Under the pieces are notes generated by a model, which searched no databases, was not told the origin of the DNA, and saw only the letters and a program-made list of their open reading frames with translations. 35,802 nucleotides of DNA from Octopus bimaculoides (Eukaryota). Made by a program: the position numbers and the translations under genes. The DNA is taken from positions 147,512,906-147,548,707 of the forward strand of contig NC_068982.1 in NCBI RefSeq assembly GCF_001194135.2, written 5' to 3'. Of this stretch, positions 24,869 through 35,802 are shown one piece after another. The first letter of the stretch is position 1. Each line of letters opens with the position of its first letter.

Positions 24869-25028
24869 ATCGAAGAATACCCTAGGAATGAGAACCCAGG
24901 TTCGAAATTTCCCCAAGACACCAGAAGAAGGCTGCAGAGTATATCAGCCGAAATGTTGTGTTAACAACAAGGAAGATGAGGACAAATATCCATCGAATGT
25001 AAATAATGTAAATAATGTAAATAATGTA
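24869..25028 (+). mobile_element. Short repeat carrying a degenerate minimal hammerhead and an (AATGTAAAT)n tail; probably a Penelope-like terminal fragment
   Basis: GACAC-CAGAAGA-A-GGCTG(10 nt)CAGCC-GAAAT-GT-T-GTGTT at 24917-24962, followed by 9-bp tandem units. Confidence 0.55.
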
Positions 25029-25628
25029 GTAACATGCTAACATCCGAATAACACACACACACACACACACACACATACATACACCGATGCACGTACGCAC
25101 GCACGAACGCACGCCTTAGTGTTCACCGTATTCAATTTATGTATTCAAGTTATTTACTCAAGTGATTTAGTAACTTGTATGAAATAGCAGGGATTGGAGT
25201 AAGATAACATGTCTTTAGGACAAAATAACAGGAATGACGGGTTGGTGTTACAAAACCCGTATTAGTGTTTGTTGTTTTTAACCTAAGGACAGCTCTGTTT
25301 GAGGAGACTTAAAATCCAAACTATTTCAGCCGCAACCAGTGCGTCTTACATCTGTATGCAGAGCATATTGTATACCACATTATCTAACGTCTCACTTTTT
25401 AACACAGCGATGTGCGCATTGAGAGAGATTCCGTTTCTACTTCTAGCAGATGGAATAACCACGCAGATGCTCACTCCTTTTCTCATAAACAGGTATTCGA
25501 AGGAAATTAACAGATAATGAAGTACGATAGCAATTATTGAAAATATAGGGGTAAAAATGATATGTATTGAGGTAGCTTTTCGAAAGTGTGTTTGCGTTGA
25601 TTCTTTTATTATATTACGTTATAGCTGA

Positions 25629-25692
25629 TATCAGACGCTACCGTACCCCAAGTGAATATACGTATTCACCTGGGATACGGTAGTGTTTGATA
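25629..25692. repeat. 64-nt hairpin (30-bp arms, TACG loop); partial second copy at 27805-27865
   Basis: Manual pairing gives 26 Watson-Crick pairs, 2 G-T and 2 C-A. Confidence 0.85.
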
Positions 25693-25824
25693 CCGTCTTT
25701 TCTTCTTTTTTTTTATCCCTTTTATTTTAATTCAATCTCAAACCTTGTGTCCCACGAAATATTTCTTTGTCATAATCATTGTCTCTATAAAGAGAAACGT
25801 ATATATAGTGTTTCCTTTTCCTGT

Positions 25825-25882
<58 letters not shown>

Positions 25883-26847
25883 NNNNNNNNNNNNNNNNNN
25901 NNNNNNNNNNNNNNNNNNNNNNCTATTTCTCTCTCTGTCTCCGTCTCCGTCTCCCTTCTTCTCTCAAAGCATCCCACATACACATTGTATTTCATTAGTG
26001 TGGTTATATTTTTTTATTCTTTCTTTCTCCTCTTCTTGTTTCAGAAGAAGAAAATGGACGTACGCATGTGTGCGTACGAACGAATGCATGTACGTTTGCA
26101 TACATCTGAGTGTGTGTGTATGTGTATACGCATATACGCATGAGTATATGTGTATAATTATACGTACACACATATATGTATGTACCTATGTATGCATGTG
26201 TGGATGGATGGATGGATGTGTGTGCGTATAATAGATATACACTTAGAAACACATACGCAAAGTCATACACGCATACATACGTACAAAACCCATACACATT
26301 GGTTTACTAACAATGAAAGTGCGAGACTGTTTGAAAATGCCAAAAAGGAAAACAAAGAAAAGAGTTAATAAAATTTAAGCGAAAAAATGTGATAAACTAG
26401 AATAAAATAATATTAAAATAATAATAATAAAAAATAAAATAAATTTAGAATAAAGGACAAAAAAAGAATAACCCAACACAGCAGGGTTACTTCAAGACAA
26501 ATACTTTGTGGAAGATAAAAGGCTATGAATTAGAGAGTGATTCATTGGGAAATACCTGACCTCCAACACAACTATTTTAGATGCCAATGCCATGGAAACA
26601 AAAAAAAAAAGTATCGTATCATTAAAACCCTTATTTACCGCTGTCTACATCCCTATCACGAATCGTTCAACCTACCTATTTGTTGTAGTATAACACAATT
26701 CATTTGAAGCCTTCGTGTTAAATCGTTCAAGTTACGTTACTTTCTATTAAATTCGCCTTGTGAAAGCAAAGTAAGTCAGTAGCCCCCTCCATCTCTTTCT
26801 CTCTCTCTCTTTCACATTTTGCATATATATATATATGTATATATATG

Positions 26848-26887
<40 letters not shown>

Positions 26888-27943
26888 CCTGTATACNNNN
26901 NNNNNNNNNNNNNNNNNNNNNNNNNNNNNNNNNNNNNNNNNNNNNNNNNNNNNNNNNNNNNNNNNNNNNNNNNNNNNNNNNNNGTGTTGTGGATTTATTT
27001 TGTTTTTATCATTTTTTTTTTTGTTGGTGTTATTGTTGTTGAGCTTCTTCTACTGGTGGTGGTTCCGTTGCTCTTGTTCTTCTTGTTCTTTTGCCCTCAG
27101 GTCATACTGGACAAGTTTGATACTTTAATTCTTAACTGAAATCTATTTGAAATCATCCCACCTCTCCTCTCCCACCTCCTTCTCTTTCTGCCTCCTCATT
27201 CTTCTTCTTTTCGTTGTTGTCGTCGTTGTTGTTGTTGTTCTTCTTCTTCTTGTTCTTCTTGTTCTTCTTTTTCTTCTTCTCATCATCATCATCATCATCA
27301 TCATCGTCATCATCATCATCGTCGTCGTTCCTTTTCGTCTACACCGCTTATTCCGCCTTCTTTGACCGCATTTATTCATTATTCATTAGGAATTCGTATC
27401 GTATATTTCAAAATGGATACTGGCCAACGAGGGCAACTTATCTCTCGTCACAAGCGGTACAACGTTTTTTTTTCCTTTCTTTTGTGCCCTTGAAGCTAAC
27501 CTCTTTCACGCTCAATAAGCTCACCCAACTGCAAACAGGAGCCACAGGATTAACACCGTCAATAGTGTAAGTCACTTTTCTTGGCTTAATTCTGAGTTCT
27601 AACATCTTATCCCCGAACATTGGTCTCGAACATTTTAATGCGATGAAAACTGATCATAACGTGAACGGCCCAGTAAATGTTAAAGGGATTCCATCTATAG
27701 TGTGATATCATGTGTTACCGAATACTGAAACATATGTAACAGACGAAATAAAGGAGTATCAAATACGAGCAAATGTTGTTCTTTCTCTCATTATTCACGT
27801 TCTCTTATATAACGTTATAGCCGATATCAGACACTATCGCACCCCAGGTGAATACGAGATAGTGGGAGACTAATGCGATTAACAATAACAGCCGAAACCT
27901 TAATGGAGTAAAAGGATATATATATATATATATATATATATAT

Positions 27944-28062
27944 TCCTCAACAGGCTCTGCCCTGTTTAACATTGTCCCAAAACTGATCAAAGAAGAAAAG
28001 GATCTCATCACCTTTAAACGGAGTTTGCACAAATTCCTTCAAGGAATGCCAGATAGCCACCT
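27944..28062 (+). mobile_element. CR1-like LINE C-terminal fragment
   Basis: SSTGSALFNIVPKLIKEEKDLITFKRSLHKFLQGMPD is homologous to the 820-960 part of the first CR1 relic. Confidence 0.75.
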
Positions 28063-28925
28063 ATATATATACTCGCATATCCAGATATGCACTTATATAC
28101 TTAATGATAAACTTCTGGAAAGTTTTACAGCTTTTTACGGTTCCAGTGATGGCTTGCATCTGTAATCTTCGAATCAGCTTCCTTCTTTCTGGTTTGGAGA
28201 GGCCTAATTTCTCAAGATTGGAATTTAGGCAGCGTGTTACATCTCTCAGTGCTCCAATAATTGCAGGTATAAACCTGAACTTGTAATCTGGATAGAGTAA
28301 CTGCAGGTTTCTCAATAGCTCAGCATAGTTGTTTTCTTTTTCACTGATCTTCAGCTTTATGTTAGCATCCACTGGGCAGGTGATTTCTACTGTGCACAAT
28401 TGCTCTTCTCTATCCCAAATCATTATATCGGGTCTATTGTTCTTATCTTTTATTGAAGTTTTCACCAGAACTCTTTTTTATTATGAATAGCTATGTCTTC
28501 TACCATACTGTGGGTTCTTTTTTCTTTGTCCTCGGGGCTATCCTTCCGACGGACTCCATTATATAGTGTCCAAACTACACCATCATGTCTCATCGGTAGA
28601 TAATACCTTGATGACATTTTCGGACAGCTTCTTAAGATGTGGGTGATATCTTCAGTGTTAACTCCACAAAGTCTGCATCGGTTGTCACATTTTGTTGCTT
28701 TTCCTGCATCTCTATCCCTTTTGTGCATCAGGTATTTGGTTGATATTTCCTGTTGCTGGATTGCAGACGTATACCTTTCAAGGTGGGAGGTAGTAATCCG
28801 GTTGTTAGGCCATGATAGACTGCTTTGATGGTCAATGTTACTATCATCTCGGAGCTTTCTACTAACATATCCCTGCATGGTCTTCTGTTCATATACGCTC
28901 ATCCTTTCCTCTGATGATACGTTGT
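28062..28925 (-). mobile_element. 5'-truncated R4/Dong-like non-LTR retrotransposon: CCHC zinc knuckle plus restriction-like endonuclease
   Basis: CRLCGVNTEDITHILRSC (CCHC), RHDGV, then after one frameshift NRPDIMIWD...VEITCP.D...K..EKENNY (PD-(D/E) RLE), IIGAL and FQKF. These are hallmarks of RLE-clade elements. Confidence 0.9.
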
Positions 28926-28990
28926 AGTAGAGTATGTATGTATGAATGTATGTATTTATGTTTATAAATATATATATGTATATATTTAGA

Positions 28991-29034
<44 letters not shown>

Positions 29035-29237
29035 NNNNNNNNNNNNNNNNNNNNNNNNNNNNNNNNNNNNNNNNNNNNNNNNNNNNNNNNNNNNNNNNNN
29101 NNNNNNNNNNNNNNNNNNNNNNNNNNNNNNNNNNNNNNNNNNNNNNNNNNNNNNNNNNNNNNNNNNNNNNNNNNNNNNNNNNNNNNNNNNNNNNNNNNNN
29201 NNNNNNNNNNNNNNNNNNNNNNNNNNNNNNNNNATAT

Positions 29238-29270
<33 letters not shown>

Positions 29271-30309
29271 CATATACACGAGTGTGTGTGCGTTTGTGTG
29301 AGTTTGTGTACATATGTGTTTATTTCAATACACATTACACATATTACTGTCTTATTTTATTCTTTTATTTATGTATTTATAGATATCTCTAACCTCCATT
29401 CGTACTCGGAAAGGTGAACTGAAAAAAAACCTCATATTTTTCACTGTCATATTTGTACGTCAACAACTCCATATGTCCAAATATTGCAAAATAGTTTCTT
29501 TCATGTTCGAGATTCTTCCACCAATGTCTCACAACCCCTCCCCCACCACTTGCCATTTACCGATTTTTTTTTGTTTTTGTTTTCAAGGTTAGTAACTATG
29601 ACCAGTTGTTCTTCGTCTCTCTGTCACCCACGCTGTCTCTTTCAATCACACACACATACACATACATACACAGAGACTTTATCACTTACTCACAATCGCA
29701 CGGACTTTATTTCTTCTCTTTCTCATTTACTTTTTCTTTTCATTTAGATGTATGTATATATATACCTATATATTTTATCTAATTCTCTTTATTAAGTTAT
29801 CTTTTTCTCATCTCTATTAAGTAATAATTGTATACTTGTCCTACAAGGTGTGGTAGATGTCGGCGTTGGTAACGCCCATAGCTTGGATCATATCTTTTTC
29901 TGACATGATAGGATCGGCCTGATGTGACACGCCTCTTTCCATTAACAGCTTCACATTCTAACCTCTTTGGAAGCAGTTATATTTAATAGCCACAGCGTAT
30001 AAACCAAAATGAGTTACATTGCTTCTGCTCGCTATGCATGCGTCTTCGTTCTGATCCCTGAATCTATGTTTGTTAACTCACACACACACACACACACACG
30101 AACATACATATACAGAAAGAAAGAAAGAAAGAAAGAATGAGAGAGAGAGAGAGAGCAATATTTCTACTTATCTGTGTGCATGTAAATATGTTAGCGAGTG
30201 TTTATGTGTGTGTTTTGTGCGTGTGCATTTGAGTACGCATGAGACACTATGGTGTTACACAAATACACACACATGCATATATGTATATATATACGTACAT
30301 ATGTATACA

Positions 30310-30348
<39 letters not shown>

Positions 30349-30525
30349 GTGTGTGTATTTATGTATGTCTCTTTGTCTCTCTCTCCCTCTATGTATATAT
30401 ATGTGTATGTATATATATATATATATAAATGTACACGCACACACAATCTTGATAGAAGTTGGTTCAATTAAACATTAAAATAGTGCATATTCAAACCTAG
30501 CCGTGTATGCATGGCATATATATAC

Positions 30526-30583
<58 letters not shown>

Positions 30584-31211
30584 ATGTGCATGAATGTCTC
30601 TGTGTGTGCACGCGCATGTGTGTATGCCTTATGTTTGAATATACGTAACCATGAATGAGCTTGTAATTGTATGTGTCTACGTATTCGTATTTGCGTTACG
30701 TAGTTCTCTGAACGTCACGAATTTTTTTTATTTATTATTACTGTTGTTGTTTTTGTTGCAGATGGTGCTACTGTTATTATCGTCCTTTTATTCTTCGTGT
30801 TTTTGTGGTAGGGATTATTGTTTCGACCCTTGCTCGTTCTATATTTTATCTATGTTCCCTTTTCTCTTTAGCGTTATAATTTTCGTTTTCTTTTTCCTTT
30901 CAGGTCCTATAACACTACGCTTATAAAAAGCATCATTAGGGTTACTTTTAACTCGAAAACACTTCAGTAACCCACCACCTCTGAAACTAGCCATTACTAT
31001 CTCACCAACCTATACAACCTATAATCGGAATAATATTCTTCTTTGTGTTTCAGCGAATGGCAATGTATGTATGTATGTATGTATGTATGTATGTATGTAT
31101 GTATGTATGTGTGTGTATGAATGCATGTATCTATTTGTGTTAATGTATATATTATATATATACGTTTGTGTGTGTGTATATATATGTGTGTATATACATG
31201 TGTATATATAC

Positions 31212-31243
<32 letters not shown>

Positions 31244-31724
31244 NNNNNNNNNNNNNNNNNNNNNNNNNNNNNNNNNNNNNNNNNNNNNNNNNNNNNNNNN
31301 NNNNNNNNNNNNNNNNNNNNNNNNNNNNNNNNNNNNNNNNNNNNNNNNNNNNNNNNNNNNNNNNNNNNNNNNNNNNNNNNNNNNNNNNNNNNNNNNNNNN
31401 NNNNNNNNNNNNNNNNNNNNNNNNNNNNNNNNNNNNNNNNNNNNNNNNNNNNNNNNNNNNNNNNNNNNNNNNNNNNNNNNNNNNNNNNNNNNNNNNNNNN
31501 NNNNNNNNNNNNNNNNNNNNNNNNNNNNNNNNNNNNNNNNNNNNNNNNNNNNNNNNNNNNNNNNNNNNNNNNNNNNNNNNNNNNNNNNNNNNNNNNNNAT
31601 ATATATATATATATATACATACATACATAGAGTCCCTTGTAACAAAGGCAAAGGAAATGCAGTTCCCTCTTCCATGTAATTCAGTTTGATGTCAAGTTCT
31701 CTTCTGTCTCTCTTTTTTCCTCTC

Positions 31725-31763
<39 letters not shown>

Positions 31764-32224
31764 CATACTGATTCTCTCTCTGCCTGTGCAGGTGTTTACC
31801 TGTTGGTGATATGAACCTATCAATGAACGTGTGTAACTTGGTCTTGTAAAACAAATAGTAGCCAAAAGTGTGATAGAATTGATCCCCTTTGCGAGATACC
31901 GTAACATGTTGCTGATCTTGTGAAAGAAATTTGGGACATAAAAATCTGCGGAAACTCGGGGAATACCCACACAGGAATACATATGCTTCGTCAGAAATTT
32001 CGGAAACGTAGAACATATGTAGGGAACTTACTGTCTATTGACGTACATATTCAAGTGTTATTATATCTACATTGGTAAGTTTATAAAATGTTTGCATTAA
32101 AGCTTAGAAATGCTTGTTCTCTTCGGGAAAGAGCAAATCAACGCGATTTGTGTTTTCGAAGCAAAACCGATTAGGAGTGAAAATTTGTAAAATATTCTAT
32201 GGATTCGCTAACTAAGGTTCCAAG

Positions 32225-32445
32225 AATTGATGTTTGCTTCCCAACTGCGTGATTCTGCGTTCAGTCCTATTACGTGGAATCTAGTTCGAGCGATTTCTAG
32301 TGTATCACCGAGCATACCAAAGCCTTACGAATGAATTTGGTAGTCGGAAACTGAAAGCAGTTCGTCACATGCGCATGTGCGCGTGTTTTCTGTGATTGCC
32401 CCCTACAACCGCTTGACAACTGCTATTAATGTGTTTACGTCCATG
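32225..32445 (+). mobile_element. Degraded SINE family A
   Basis: CCAAAGCCTT...GAATTTGGTAGTCGGAAACTGAAAG...ACCGCTTGACAAC...GTGTTTACGTCC. Confidence 0.75.
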
Positions 32446-32894
32446 AAAGTGTAGAAATATAAAGTTGAAAAACGAACAGTCATAGATGTGTACAGTGAAG
32501 ATCAATAAGGCAACGGAAAGAAAGGAAGAGAATTTAATATCTCGAGTGATACAGTTCATGAAAAGGAAGAAAAAGAAACAAGACGAAAGAAATGATTATG
32601 ATAGGGATTTTAAGAAGTCTGTTTCCATGGCAGGTCAATGGCAGAATGAAAGTTGTGGTCGGAGATTAAAGGACCGGAAGAGAAGACAGAATGTGAATCT
32701 CAGTGAGGATACGTGGGAACAGAGAGAGAGGAAGTGAGAAAGAGTGAAGTAGAGAGAGGGAGAGAGAGTGGGGGAAAGTGAATGAGAGAGTGATAGGAGA
32801 GAGAGAGAGAGAGAGAAAGAGAAGGGAGAGTAACAGCGAATGAGGCAAACTGAATTCACACACACATACACACACACACACACACTCACACACA

Positions 32895-32987
<93 letters not shown>

Positions 32988-33053
32988 ACACATGCACATA
33001 TGTATGTAAGAATATATGTATACCTATCTATTTATCTATCTATCTATCTATCC

Positions 33054-33085
<32 letters not shown>

Positions 33086-33091
33086 GTCTGT

Positions 33092-33131
<40 letters not shown>

Positions 33132-33741
33132 TTCATACATACGTTTGTGTTTGTGTGTATGAATAAACGTACAAATTTATCTACATTTCTTCCTCTAACA
33201 CAGTAATATTTACTGGCTCTAATGATAGATCTTAAACGCAATTATGAAGAAAATATTGGTTCGGCCACTTCAACACATGCATTACATTTGCTTCCAATGA
33301 TTTATTAACAACTTTTCATTGAAAAGATATATGAGCACAGCGTCTTAAATAACAACATACTTTCAAAATTAACAACACATTTTATACATGAAGATGATAT
33401 ATCATATTCGTTAAATACACTCCAGAATTGTTAAATCTAAATATGCAATATTAAAATTTACACGTACAATTAAAGCAAATAATAAATCTCTTTTTGGAGC
33501 TAAATACACATATATGCATTAATTCTATGTAGAAACCTAATACGCTAAATTTACTAATAATTTTATTGATGTGAGTAAGAACAGTGAGTAATCATAGTGT
33601 CTCTTATTAAATTAATTCTTATTATCCAGATAGTAGGTATTATACCGTGTGAAATCACGTCGATTCTAGTATATCTTACTAAACATTCTCGTCTGTATTA
33701 CAATAAAAGTATTAAAAAATGACCACACTATAAATTCATAT

Positions 33742-33944
33742 ATTCTTTTCTACTCAAGGCACCAGGCCTGAAATTTTTGGGGAAGGGGTGGCAGTCGATT
33801 AGATAGACCCCAGTACGCAACTGGTACTTAATTTATCGATCCCGAAAGGATGAAAGGCGGAATTTGAACTCAGAGCGTAATGTCAGACGAAATACCACTA
33901 AGTATTTTTCCCCGAAGTGCTAACGTTTCTGCCAGCTCACCACC
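33742..33944 (-). mobile_element. SINE family B
   Basis: Reverse complement of the family B head (GCCAGCTCACC on +) and core (CGAAAGGATGAAAGG, GACCCCAGTA on +). Confidence 0.85.
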
Positions 33945-34044
33945 TCTATAAATACATATATCGTGAGCTTATAAGTTGATTTTGACAAAATATGAACATA
34001 TTAATAAAGCATAACATCGAAAATAAAGCGATTCTTTCAACCAG

Positions 34045-34073
34045 GTCTTTCTATAACAGGCACGAGACCGAAA

Positions 34074-34113
<40 letters not shown>

Positions 34114-34258
34114 AAGTCGATTAGATCGACCCCAGTGCTCAGCTGTACTTATCTTATCGACTTCGAAATAATAAAAGGTCAAAGTTGAGCTCCACTGCAT
34201 TTGAACTCAGAACGAAATACCGAAAGAAATGCTGCGAAGCACCGATTCTGCCAGCTCT
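34045..34258 (-). mobile_element. SINE family B with an internal (TG)n expansion
   Basis: GATTCTGCCAGCTC, TTTGAACTCAGAACG and GTCGATTAGATCGACCCCAGT on the + strand. Confidence 0.8.
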
Positions 34259-34882
34259 TTGCTTACAAAAACATTCCTGTTGCATGTTTGTACTGAACAA
34301 CAATTCTTTCCACAGATCACAAGCTGTGTTGGAGTATTCTATTCCAGAAAGTGCCATAATACTAATATATATCAAACAGTAAAATGGCGCTAGCATAATT
34401 GATTAAATATGTCAAAATGCTTTCGTAAATTAAAATTACAGATTTAACGATGAGAGCGATCGTTATCCAAAAACACGTCATTTTCATGTCAATTTAGACA
34501 TCATTAGCAATATAGTCAAGTATATATCAGCACACGTATTGTGAGTCTACCTACGAAATATATATGACTACAAGTGGGTTTCTGACAAGCTACGAGGAAG
34601 TGTATACATAAACACATATGTGAGTGTGTGTGTGCGAATATATGTATAGATGCTTGTATATATATATGAGAGGCATTGGTATCTAGAAGACCCAAGATGT
34701 CAAGAAAGGCTACGTAGGGGCTACGAAGGAGCGTAGTTAGACTCTCGATTCGATAATAATACGAATGAGGTGTTTAATTCGGGTCTTTTGTGAGCATGTA
34801 TATGTTAAATAAAATGAGACATATATATATAAATTCCACACAACCTTGGCTTTGTTGTCTCATTTTATTTAGCACGCATACA

Positions 34883-34973
<91 letters not shown>

Positions 34974-34974
<1 letters not shown>

Positions 34975-35428
34975 ATTTAGAGAAGAAACACTAATATACA
35001 ATTCAAATAATGAAGGACACCAACCACCATCAAGAAAAACGTACTCTACAAATTACTAATTTAAAAATCTATAAAACTAAAGGAAAAGTATAAAATCCAT
35101 AAAAGCTATAAAATACTAGACTAAAAATTTTATTCAATTTAGTAAATTGATAAAATAGAGGGTAAAGCGTTGACTACGCGCGTTTCGTGACCACATTATA
35201 GCAGAAAAAAAGCAGTACAATTCACAATAAATTGATCAAGGTTATATTCTACTCAAAATACAGTGACTCATCAGGTCTCTGGAAAAAATAGGAATTCAAA
35301 TAACGTATCTTACTAAATAAATAATAAAAATATCAGTACTTGTAGGAAAGCTCTCGTTGGTACAATAAATGATTGTGATTGGTGTTCTTCATGGTTTGAA
35401 TTGTATATTGGTGGTTCTTCTCTAAATT
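34974..35428 (-). mobile_element. 455-bp element bounded by 59-bp inverted repeats and carrying a hammerhead; probably Penelope-like
   Basis: 34974-35032 versus the reverse complement of 35370-35428: 52/59 identical by manual alignment. The hammerhead lies in the interior. Confidence 0.7.
35172..35277 (-). ncRNA. Type I hammerhead ribozyme with an intact core
   Basis: Minus strand: GAC-CUGAUGA-GUCACUG-(~67 nt)-UGGUCAC-GAAA-CGCGCGU-A-GUC. Helix I is GAC/GUC, helix III is the palindrome ACGCGCGU, and the cleavage triplet is GUA. Confidence 0.82.
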
Positions 35429-35491
35429 TTATTTATATACATATATTATTTATTATAAAATTCAATTTGGTATTACTAAATTGAATATTCC

Positions 35492-35670
35492 TGTATGTTT
35501 GTGTCTGTCTCTGCATCACTGCTTGACAACTTGAGTTGGTGAGTTGACGTCCCCGTAACATAGCGGTTCGGCAAAAGAAACCTGTAAAATAAGTACAACA
35601 CTTATTAAAAAAGTCCTGGTGTCAATGTCTTCGACTCAAACCCTTCAAGGCGCTGCTCCAGTAAGTAAAG
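35492..35670 (+). mobile_element. SINE family A 3' half
   Basis: GCTTGACAAC...GTCCCCGTAAC.TAGCGGTTCGGCAAAAG...ATAAGTAC...GTCCTGG...CAAGGCG.TGCTCCAG. Confidence 0.85.
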
Positions 35671-35684
35671 GAATATAATATAAC

Positions 35685-35802
<118 letters not shown>

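Larger units (their letters stand above)
6453..31598. other. Assembly gaps: 6453-6961, 7706-7715, 10670-11277, 11994-12042, 14298-14610, 19780-19789, 20752-21300, 24542-24721, 25883-25922, 26897-26983, 29035-29233, 31244-31598
   Basis: N runs, most of them flanked by microsatellites. Confidence 0.99.

Noticed and set aside
29845-29957. Minus-strand NVKLLMERGV... resembling an ankyrin helix
   Set aside because: The acceptor is poor, the match is short, and the rest of the repeat consensus is missing.
6422-31689. Long ORFs made of X runs
   Set aside because: They span N gaps and are artefacts.
32486-32737. 83-aa basic ORF
   Set aside because: Arises from purine-rich low-complexity sequence.
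3299-35001. YI/HT/CV/MYVC/poly-M/S/T/E ORFs
   Set aside because: They are translations of microsatellites.

Overview
AT-rich eukaryotic DNA, saturated with microsatellites and containing about 2.9 kb of N gaps. The SINE families and repeat density suggest a cephalopod, probably Octopus (inference, not verified). I can support no intact host gene; most listed ORFs are microsatellite or N-run artefacts. The window is a transposon graveyard. It holds three relics of an R4/Dong-like RLE retrotransposon, two CR1-like fragments, one RTE fragment, a mariner pseudogene, half of a Tc1 element, three tRNA-derived SINE families, a foldback MITE and several hairpins. The strongest novel signal is a type I hammerhead ribozyme with an intact catalytic core on the minus strand (35172-35277). 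It sits inside a 455-bp element bounded by 59-bp inverted repeats, which is likely Penelope-related. Two further degenerate minimal hammerhead motifs lie in unrelated repeats (~5.36 kb and ~24.9 kb). A decayed ORF with a textbook 109-nt intron (~16.0-16.6 kb) also deserves follow-up. All alignments and folds were done by eye.
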